A stretch of 64,000 bases of DNA. It comes from Candidatus Sericytochromatia bacterium (GTDB lineage: Bacteria > Cyanobacteriota > Sericytochromatia > S15B-MN24 > JAQBPE01). This document shows, one piece after another, positions 56,828 to 64,000 of this stretch. A model generated the notes under the pieces. That model searched no databases. It was not told the DNA's origin and was given only the letters and a program-made list of their open reading frames with translations. The stretch spans positions 64,001 through 128,000 of the forward strand of contig JAYKHR010000048.1 of assembly GCA_035285125.1 (NCBI GenBank). Reading direction: 5' to 3'. A program made the translations under genes and the position numbers. Position 1 is the first letter of the stretch; each line of letters begins with the position of its first letter.

Positions 56828-57139
56828 TCAGACGCCGCGCCGCGCCACGGCCCCCTTGCGCGAACCGGCCTGGACCCTGACCTTGAGCGCCTTACCAGGG
56901 ACGAAAGCCGGACTCTTGCGGGCCGGAATCCGCAACGCCGCCCCGGTGCGTGGGTTACGCCCCTCCCGCGCCGCGCGCTCTCGCACCTGGAAGGTGCCGA
57001 AGCCGACGATGGTTACCCGCTCCCCCCTCGCCAGGGCCTGACCGATGGCCTCCAGGGTCGTCATCAGCATCGTGTGGGTGTCGCGTTGCGTGGACCGCGT
57101 GCGATCCGCGACCAGCTTCACCAGGTCTTCCTTGTTCAA
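56828..57139 (-). CDS. hup: HU family DNA-binding protein
   Basis: MNKEDLV, GFGTF.VRERAAREGRNPRTG..IPA..P.F.PGK.LK; TTG start after GAGGAG. Confidence 0.95.
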   Translation of the reverse strand: MNKEDLVKLVADRTRSTQRDTHTMLMTTLEAIGQALARGERVTIVGFGTFQVRERAAREGRNPRTGAALRIPARKSPAFVPGKALKVRVQAGSRKGAVARRGV

Positions 57140-57301
57140 GTTGGGCTCCTCTCACGTGGGGTTGGCTGCCACCGTGGTGACGGACCAGGCTTCACGGAAG
57201 GGGTTATAACAGCCCAGTTTTGACCTTGTAAACCAATATCGTTGTTTAAGCAAAACGCTCGTCTGCTCCTCACCGAGGTGGTAAGCAGCTTCTCGTCGCA
57301 C

Positions 57302-57328
57302 AAAAAAACCCGGCCTTGCGGGCCGGGT
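57302..57328 (-). terminator. Intrinsic terminator after the M23 gene
   Basis: ACCCGGCC/GGCCGGGT stem followed by a T7 run on the minus strand. Confidence 0.88.
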
Positions 57329-57346
57329 CTCGCGACGTCGAAGAAG

Positions 57347-58645
57347 TCAGAAGAACGAGGAGGGGTTCACGGCCCTGCCGTGGATGCGCACCTCGAAGTG
57401 GAGGTGAGGCCCGGTGGACCGCCCCGTGCTGCCCATCCGCGCAATGGGTTGCCCAGGGCCGACGGACTCGCCAGCCGCCACGAGCACGCGGGAGCAGTGG
57501 CCGTACCTGGTGACCACACCACCCCCGTGGTCGATGTCAACGGCGTAGCCGTACGCACCCATCCAGCCGGCGGACACGACCACGCCGCCCTTCGCCGCGT
57601 GAATCGGCGTGCCGACCACGTTGCAGATGTCCACGCCAGGGTGGAACGAGTACCCGCGGATGCCAAAGGGCGATGACATCTGGCCGCTCGTCGGCCAAGC
57701 CAGTTCACCCACGCGGCTGCCGAAGGCGCCCACGAGGCTGCGAGAGGCCTTGAGGCGCTTGGCCCAGCGGCCGCCAGAACGGTAGCCGCGCTCGGGCAAG
57801 ATGGCAGTACGTTGCTCCCTGTAGCGCAGTTCCAAGGCCCCGGGGATAAACACCGGGCGGGACAAGGCCAGCTTGTCACCCGTCAGCCCAGGGTTGTGGC
57901 TCCGCAACGACGCGACGGACACGCGGTAGCGGGTCGCAAGCTCGGAGAGAGTCTCGCCAGAGCGGACGCGGTGGTAGGCCCCATCCGTGGGGGTGATCAC
58001 GAGGCGTTGCCCCGCACGGATTCGAGCACCCAGCGGCAACATGTTGACCAGGCGAACGGTCCGGGCCCGCAGGCCGAACCGCTGGCCGACGCTGGCGAAA
58101 TCGTCCCCGCGGCGGGCCACGTAGACGATGTTGGTGAGCCGGGGCCCAACCTCCAGGGAAACCTGGGAGCCTTTCGCGTAGCCTTCAATGGTCCGAAGCT
58201 TGGCCGGCAGGTTCTGGCCGGCGATCAGCAGCGAGGCCGGTGCGTGGGACCTCGGCGCGGGGGCCTTGGTCGGCCCTTCCACCCGACCCGACAACAGCGC
58301 CAGGGCCGAGGCAGCGACCGCAAGGGCAAGCCCAGCAGCACCCCACAGCGTCTTGGTCGGCGAAGGGGCCGCGGGGGCGTAAGGGCGCGCGGACTGCGCG
58401 AGACGAAGGACGCCGGGCGCCTCCGCCAGTTCACCCACGGCGGACGACGCGGGGCGAGCCCCCCAGCGCGGCTGCGTTCCAGACCAAGTCGACGGCCAAC
58501 TGGCGTGCGAAAGATTCCGCAGCGAGGTCCGAGACAGCCGGGGCGCCTGATACTGGTGAGGCCGGCGACGAGGCGGCTGGATGACGTATGCCGGGATCTC
58601 TGACGGATCGCGGTGGGACGTTTCAGTCGGCTTCAATTCGACCAA
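57347..58645 (-). CDS. M23 family metallopeptidase with two LysM domains and a TM anchor
   Basis: HPGVDI, TRYGH, GSTGRSTGPHLHFEVR; LysM HRVRSGETLSELATRY; TTG start after GGAGG. Confidence 0.92.
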   Translation of the reverse strand: MVELKPTETSHRDPSEIPAYVIQPPRRRPHQYQAPRLSRTSLRNLSHASWPSTWSGTQPRWGARPASSAVGELAEAPGVLRLAQSARPYAPAAPSPTKTLWGAAGLALAVAASALALLSGRVEGPTKAPAPRSHAPASLLIAGQNLPAKLRTIEGYAKGSQVSLEVGPRLTNIVYVARRGDDFASVGQRFGLRARTVRLVNMLPLGARIRAGQRLVITPTDGAYHRVRSGETLSELATRYRVSVASLRSHNPGLTGDKLALSRPVFIPGALELRYREQRTAILPERGYRSGGRWAKRLKASRSLVGAFGSRVGELAWPTSGQMSSPFGIRGYSFHPGVDICNVVGTPIHAAKGGVVVSAGWMGAYGYAVDIDHGGGVVTRYGHCSRVLVAAGESVGPGQPIARMGSTGRSTGPHLHFEVRIHGRAVNPSSFF

Positions 58646-58849
58646 GACGCTTCCTCCGTGTCTGCTGAGGCGATGCGGCGACGACCATGGCTGGAACGGA
58701 ACAGGCCGAAAAGGCCCAAATGCCATCCCGATACGACGTCACGACGCCAGGCGGGTTGATGTGACGGGGACGGCAAAGTTTGTGAATTGTATCACTTGCC
58801 TGCTTCCCGGTCAAACGAGCGTGCGCGGCGCCTCTGGCGCCGCCGCGGC

Positions 58850-59503
58850 TCAGACGGGACGCGATTCGACGGCCCGCCAATCGGCGAGGAACCGCTCGAT
58901 ACCGGAGTCCGTCAAGGGGTGCTTGAACATCTGCTGGAGCACCTTGAAGGGCATGGTCGCAACGTGCGCCCCGAGGCGCGCAGCCTGCGTGACGTGGATG
59001 GGGTGACGGACGCTGGCCACGAGCACCTGGGTCTCGAACCCGAAGTTGGTATAGATGTCCAGGATCTCCTCGATCAGTTGCATGCCGTCCTGGCCGATGT
59101 CATCGAGACGCCCCACGAAGGGGCTGACGTAGGTGGCGCCGGCCCGCGCCGCGAGCAGCGCCTGGTTGGCTGAGAAAACCAGGGTGACGTTGGTCTTGAT
59201 GCCCTCGGCCACGCACGTTGCCACAGCCTGCATGCCAGCCTCCGTCATCGGCACCTTGACCACGACGTTCGGCGCCCAGGCCGCATACTCGCGGGCCTCC
59301 CGCATCATCGACTCGAAATCCAGCGCGATCACCTCCGCGCTGACGGGCCCCGAGGTGATGCCGCAGATCTCGAGCACGACCTGCTTGAAGTCCCGCCCTT
59401 CCCGGGCGACAAGCGACGGGTTGGTGGTGACGCCGTCAACCTGTCCCCAGGCCACCGCCTTCCGGATCTCATCGACGTTGGCGGTGTCCAAAAAAAACTT
59501 CAC
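58850..59503 (-). CDS. tal: Transaldolase / fructose-6-phosphate aldolase (Fsa/TalC type)
   Basis: [43 protein letters not shown]. Confidence 0.95.
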   Translation of the reverse strand: MKFFLDTANVDEIRKAVAWGQVDGVTTNPSLVAREGRDFKQVVLEICGITSGPVSAEVIALDFESMMREAREYAAWAPNVVVKVPMTEAGMQAVATCVAEGIKTNVTLVFSANQALLAARAGATYVSPFVGRLDDIGQDGMQLIEEILDIYTNFGFETQVLVASVRHPIHVTQAARLGAHVATMPFKVLQQMFKHPLTDSGIERFLADWRAVESRPV

Positions 59504-59722
59504 GGCGAGGCTCCTCGACGACCGGCTGTGGAATGGCGGCTTTATTCTACACCAGCCTGGGGCAGGTCGGCAGCCGTGACGCGGCGTCGGGGGCAGGTTC
59601 CCGTGTGCCACGGGTCACGTCCCGGGGGCGGGCCGGCCTCTAGGATGGGGGCTCGGGACACCCCTTGCGGCGGCTCCATCCACCCGCGGCCGCAAGCCAG
59701 TCATAGAAAGGCAACCAGCACC

Positions 59723-60115
59723 ATGACCACGAGCAAGAAGAAGGCCGCGCCGCGCGCCGGCGAGAAGTCGAAGCGCCCCACCACCAAGTCGGCCGGGCGG
59801 CCCACCAAGGCGGCAGCCGAGGCCCCGGTGGCGACGGTCGAGCCCGTCGAGGCGACGCCCGTCGTGACGGCAGTGACGTTCGCCGCCCCCGCCGAGACGC
59901 TGGCAGCGCCAGCGCCTGCCAGCACCGAGGCCGCCAGGCCCCTGATGGTGTACGAGTTCCAGCAGCGGCTCGCCGAGCGAGGCTACTACCCCGGCGTGAT
60001 CGACGGCGACTACGGTCACCACACCCGGATGGCCGTGGCGCGTTGCCAGCAGGCCTATGGCCTCCCCGTCGACGGCGAGCCGACGCCGGACACGCTCCGC
60101 GCCCTCGGGTTCTGA
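59723..60115 (+). CDS. Peptidoglycan-binding domain protein with basic disordered N-terminus
   Basis: QQRLAERGYYPGVIDGDYG..T..AV..Q..YGLPVDG...P.T..AL. Confidence 0.85.
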   Translation: MTTSKKKAAPRAGEKSKRPTTKSAGRPTKAAAEAPVATVEPVEATPVVTAVTFAAPAETLAAPAPASTEAARPLMVYEFQQRLAERGYYPGVIDGDYGHHTRMAVARCQQAYGLPVDGEPTPDTLRALGF

Positions 60116-60129
60116 GCCCTTGGCCGACG

Positions 60130-60159
60130 AGGCCCCCCGCCTTCGGCGGGGGGCCTTTT
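60130..60159 (+). terminator. Intrinsic terminator
   Basis: AGGCCCCCCGCC-TTC-GGCGGGGGGCCT followed by TTT. Confidence 0.85.
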
Positions 60160-60211
60160 CACTGCCGTGCGCGCGGTCAAGCGCTTTACCCGGACACCAG
60201 GCAGCGAGCGC

Positions 60212-60916
60212 CTACTTGAAGAGCAGCCCCGAGGTCTGCTCCACGAGGACATCACCGCGCTCGAAGACCGTTCCGGCGGGCACGACCTCTGCCTCTGCCC
60301 GGGAGGCAAAGGGCTGCACCGAGGTCACCCGCACGGTGCCGAGCTCGCGCGGCTTCATGTTCAGCGGGTGGCGAAAGACCCGGAAGAGCGAGCCTGCAGT
60401 GATCCCGTCCGCCGCACCGAGATCCAGAATGATCTGGTCCTCGTCGATGTCCTTCACGAGGCAACGCAACGGATCGGCATGGCGCACGAAGCCCACCAAC
60501 TGGTCGGCCAGCGACTCCGCGGACGCGGCGTCTCCGAGCAGGCCCAGGTCGCGGCTGAACTCCCCCGTGCGGAAATCGAACAGCTTGACCGTGACCTTGA
60601 CCTGGCCGCCGACGGCCTCGTACTTGCCATCCACCAGCAACTCGACGTTGGCGGCGGCGCGGGCCTTTCGGGCGTTCTCCAGCGTGAACCCGCCATTGAG
60701 CGGGATGGCCTTCAGCTTGGCGCGCGCAGCAGCCCCGTCGACCACGTCGAAACGCCGCGTGCCGTTGAGCTTGGTGCCCACGGAGGTCAAGAAGGGCGCT
60801 GGGGCGTTGGCGATCGCCACGGCCAGCCGAGGCTTGTCGGCCACCGTGTCGGCCAGCGCGGGGCCAGCAGGCTCCACCGCCAGCAGGGTCAACAGCAACA
60901 CTCTCCACAACCGCAC
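60212..60916 (-). CDS. Secreted protein with CsgG/TolB-N-like and FlgT C-terminal-like domains
   Basis: Signal peptide ending ALA; IILDLGAADGITAGSLFRVFR..LGTVRVTSVQPFAS.A. Confidence 0.6.
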   Translation of the reverse strand: MRLWRVLLLTLLAVEPAGPALADTVADKPRLAVAIANAPAPFLTSVGTKLNGTRRFDVVDGAAARAKLKAIPLNGGFTLENARKARAAANVELLVDGKYEAVGGQVKVTVKLFDFRTGEFSRDLGLLGDAASAESLADQLVGFVRHADPLRCLVKDIDEDQIILDLGAADGITAGSLFRVFRHPLNMKPRELGTVRVTSVQPFASRAEAEVVPAGTVFERGDVLVEQTSGLLFK

Positions 60917-61169
60917 GCGGAAGACCTCCTCCTGCCGACATGGTACACGGACCACCCGGCGCCCGCGCGGACCGCCGTCACGCACGGCACGGCTCTTCCC
61001 ACCTCATCGGCGGGCGTGACCGGAGACTGAAACGCGGCCGGAACTCGTTGTCACGAGGTTAAGCTTTTAATGAATCAAGGTAAACGGGCGCAAGACCCGT
61101 GCCCCTTGGGCGGATACCAGTCTGTGAGCGGACACCGTGTCCTGCCCCCGCCCGGAGACCCAGCCCGCG

Positions 61170-63020
61170 ATGCCTTGCCGCCCGTCCGCCCCTCTGGCCC
61201 TCGTCGCTGCGATGCTCACGCTCGTGGGCTGCGGGCGCAACCCCAGCTCGATGCTGGTTGCCAGGCCAGGCGCCGCGCCGCCCCGGACAACGGCTGCGGC
61301 CGCGGCGGCGGCATCGCCTGCGACGCAGGTGCGCCCCGCAGGCGTCACCCCGAGTGTGAGTGTCGTGCGAAGCGAACCCGCTGCCGACCGCCCTCTGCAG
61401 GCGGGCGACGAGGTCATCGTGAAGTTCCGTGAGAGGGACCGGGACTTGCCTGGCGCCACGCGCCTGCGCTCCCTGGCGCTCCAGGGTACGGCCGTCTACA
61501 AGGTGAACGCCGGGGGCTATGCCCTGCAGGCGGCCGAAGACTGGGAGACGCAGGAGGACATCGACTACATCGAGCCCAACTACGTCTACAGCGCGGTGGC
61601 GACGCCGAGCGACCCCGACTACCTCGACAGCTGGGGCGTCGAGGCGATCAACGCGCCGGTGATCTGGCCCTTCACGACGGGCACCGGCATGAAGGTCGCC
61701 GTGATCGACACCGGGGTCGACGCCAGCCACCCCGACCTGGCTGGCCGCGTGCTGCCTGGGCTGGACCTGGTGAACGACGACAACGACGCCAGGGACGATC
61801 ACGGCCACGGCACCCACGTGGCAGGCACCATCGCGGCGATCGCCAACAACGGCGTGGGCACCGCGGGTGTGGCCCCCGGGGCCCAGGTGCTGCCGATCAA
61901 GGTGCTCAACAGCCAGGGCCAGGGCAACAACGCCGACATCGCGGCGGGCATCCTTGCGGCAGCCGACCGCGGCGCCCACGTGATCAACCTCAGCCTCGGA
62001 GGCACGGACGACTCCGAGACGCTGCGCCGGGCCATCGCCAACGTGCAGGCCCGGGGGGTTATCGTGGTGGCCGCCGCCGGCAACGACGGCGTCAGCACCC
62101 CCTTCTTTCCCGCGGCGAACGAGGGCGTGATCGGCGTGGCAGCCGTCGACAGCAACCGGGCCAGGGCCAGCTTCAGCAACTTCGGAGACTACATCGACGT
62201 CGCCGCTCCGGGCGTCTCGATCGGCTCCACCAAGCTGGGCAGCGGCACGGCGAAGATGAGCGGCACCAGCATGGCCGCGCCCCACGTGGCTGCCGCCTGT
62301 GCGTTGCTGAAGGCCCGCTTCCCGAACCTCAAGGCCGGCCACCTGACGCGCCTGATGCAACTCGCGGGCCATCCCACCACGGGCTTCACGAGCGGGGTGG
62401 TGCCGAAGGCCCTCAACGTGGAGGAGGCATTCGTGCAGGTGCCGAACCTGGACATGCAGCCCCCCACCACCGTCGCAGGCCTGTCCGCGGCGGCGGGCGC
62501 GCCCAACGAGGTCGAACTCGCCTGGGCCCCGGCCACGGACAACAATGGCAGCGTGACCTACCGCATCCTGCGCGACGGCCAACCCGTGGGCACCACCACG
62601 GCCACGGCCTACACCGACCGAGGCGTCACGGCCAGGGCCTCTTACCGGGTCGTGGCGATGGACGGCCACGGCAACGAGGCCAATCCGAGCCAGGCCGTGG
62701 AGAGCGATCCCGGCAAGGCCTCCGAGAAAATCGCCGACGTCGTCGTCAGCAAGCGGTCACGGGACAGCGTCACGCTGACGTGGCGCACCACCGAGGCGAT
62801 GCGCTGCCTGGTCCAGTGGGGCACCTCCGCCTCGCTCGGCCAGGGCACCACCTGGGAGACCATCCCCGCCACGGAGCACACCGTGACGCTGTCGGGCCTC
62901 AAGCGCTTCACCACCTACCACTACCGCGTGGTGGCCGCGACCAACGCCAGCGCCCTGCACTACACGACCACCCGCAAGACGCGCACCAAGCTGTTCTGGC
63001 TGTTCTCCCTGCCCAGCTGA
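61170..63020 (+). CDS. S8 subtilisin-like serine protease lipoprotein with C-terminal FN3-like domains
   Basis: LVG-C lipobox; VAVIDTG, HGHGTHVAG, AAGND, SGTSMAAPHV; LAWAPATDN..Y.I.RDG, LSGLK..TTYHYRV. Confidence 0.93.
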   Translation: MPCRPSAPLALVAAMLTLVGCGRNPSSMLVARPGAAPPRTTAAAAAAASPATQVRPAGVTPSVSVVRSEPAADRPLQAGDEVIVKFRERDRDLPGATRLRSLALQGTAVYKVNAGGYALQAAEDWETQEDIDYIEPNYVYSAVATPSDPDYLDSWGVEAINAPVIWPFTTGTGMKVAVIDTGVDASHPDLAGRVLPGLDLVNDDNDARDDHGHGTHVAGTIAAIANNGVGTAGVAPGAQVLPIKVLNSQGQGNNADIAAGILAAADRGAHVINLSLGGTDDSETLRRAIANVQARGVIVVAAAGNDGVSTPFFPAANEGVIGVAAVDSNRARASFSNFGDYIDVAAPGVSIGSTKLGSGTAKMSGTSMAAPHVAAACALLKARFPNLKAGHLTRLMQLAGHPTTGFTSGVVPKALNVEEAFVQVPNLDMQPPTTVAGLSAAAGAPNEVELAWAPATDNNGSVTYRILRDGQPVGTTTATAYTDRGVTARASYRVVAMDGHGNEANPSQAVESDPGKASEKIADVVVSKRSRDSVTLTWRTTEAMRCLVQWGTSASLGQGTTWETIPATEHTVTLSGLKRFTTYHYRVVAATNASALHYTTTRKTRTKLFWLFSLPS

Positions 63021-63045
63021 GGGGCGCGACCAGACGCTCCAGGCG

Positions 63046-64000
63046 TCAGCCCTTCGGCAGCAGCACCCGCACCGTGGCACCCCGCCCCGCCTCCGAGGTG
63101 ACGGCGATCGTGCCACCGTGCTTCTCGACGATGCGCCGACAGAGCGAGAGGCCGAGCCCCTTGCCCGCCCCGACGGCCTTGGTCGTGAAGAACGGGTCGA
63201 ACACGCGGCGGGCAACCTCTGGCGTCATCCCGACACCGTTGTCCGCGACCTCGAGCACCACCCCGTCTTCAGACTCCAGCACACGCACCTGGATGGCGCC
63301 GGGCACCTCTGCCAGGCCCTCCACCGCATCCGCCGCGTTCAGCACGAGCTGGCTGAGCAGGTGCCGAAGCTCTCCCACATCACCCATCACGAGCGGGACG
63401 GGCCTCATGTCGAGGCCGATGTTGAGGCCGCTGAGCCGCGGCTGGCCGGCCAGCGTGGCCATCGTGTCCGCAGCGAGGCGCTCCAGGTCTACGGCGTGAC
63501 GCTCGACCTGCACCGGCCGGGCGTAGGCCAGCAGGGCCCGCACGATCTCCTGGCAGCGCTTGGCGCCGCGCTCGATCAGCTCGACGCTCTCCAGCTGGTC
63601 GGCCGTGCAGGGGTCCTGCTTGAGCAGCTGGGCATTCACGAGGACAGCCCCGAGGGGGTTGTTGATCTCGTGCGCCACGCCCGCCGCCAGCGTACCCACC
63701 GTGGCAAGCTTCTCGGTTTCGAGCAGCTGGGCCTGGGTGTCGCGCAGGGCGAGCATCGCGGCCTCGAGTTCCTGGGTACGGGCCTGGACCTTGGCCTCGA
63801 GGCCCTGGTTGAGCTCACGGATGGTCTCGAAGGCCTGAGCGTTTTGCAACAGCAGGGCCAGGTGGGAAGCGATCGCGCCCAGCACGTCGAGATCGAGCCT
63901 GGTGAAGGTCTTGATGGCCGTCGAGGAGCTCACGTACAGCACGCCCAGCAGGTCATCCGCCAGCATCAGGGGCACGCACATCACCGACCGGACATTGCGC
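63046..64000 (-). CDS. GAF-containing sensor histidine kinase (N-terminus outside the window)
   Basis: RSVMCVPL..GVLYV, EKLATVGTLAAGVAHEINNPL, DNGVGM, FDPFFTTK..G.GLGL. Confidence 0.93.
   Translation of the reverse strand, partial: RNVRSVMCVPLMLADDLLGVLYVSSSTAIKTFTRLDLDVLGAIASHLALLLQNAQAFETIRELNQGLEAKVQARTQELEAAMLALRDTQAQLLETEKLATVGTLAAGVAHEINNPLGAVLVNAQLLKQDPCTADQLESVELIERGAKRCQEIVRALLAYARPVQVERHAVDLERLAADTMATLAGQPRLSGLNIGLDMRPVPLVMGDVGELRHLLSQLVLNAADAVEGLAEVPGAIQVRVLESEDGVVLEVADNGVGMTPEVARRVFDPFFTTKAVGAGKGLGLSLCRRIVEKHGGTIAVTSEAGRGATVRVLLPKG

Overview
This is a GC-rich (visually about 70%) bacterial chromosomal window with about 55 protein-coding genes and no rRNA, tRNA, CRISPR array or recognisable mobile element. 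Housekeeping genes include sppA, tmk, argS, rlmH, rsmD, tatA, uvrB, trmL, rpsT, pepA, folD, HU and a transaldolase. There is also homogentisate catabolism (fahA-hmgA), a Fur-boxed fur-feoA-feoB operon, and several large signalling proteins and lipoproteins. Cyanobacteria-type genes (Ycf45-like, DUF3326, ArsA with an HSP20-like tail) occur with Firmicutes-like gene pairs and a flagellar FapA. This suggests a non-photosynthetic cyanobacterial relative such as Sericytochromatia (inference only). Five observations stand out. (1) A lower-GC island has an XRE-HTH gene flanked on both sides by about 10 helically phased CWTG-N6-CAWG-like sites. (2) Two adjacent apparent pseudoenzymes (HisC-like and YgeY/M20-like) sit between a kinase-AAA-GAF-GGDEF gene and a histidine kinase. 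(3) Two paralogous lipoproteins carry Gly-rich octapeptide repeats and are joined into one ORF by a frameshift. (4) The iron-uptake operon extends into a Cys-rich mini-protein, a PLRWAI mini-protein and DUF3326. (5) A NERD-pseudokinase-kinase membrane protein follows uvrB. Family assignments come from motif recognition only; no searches were run.
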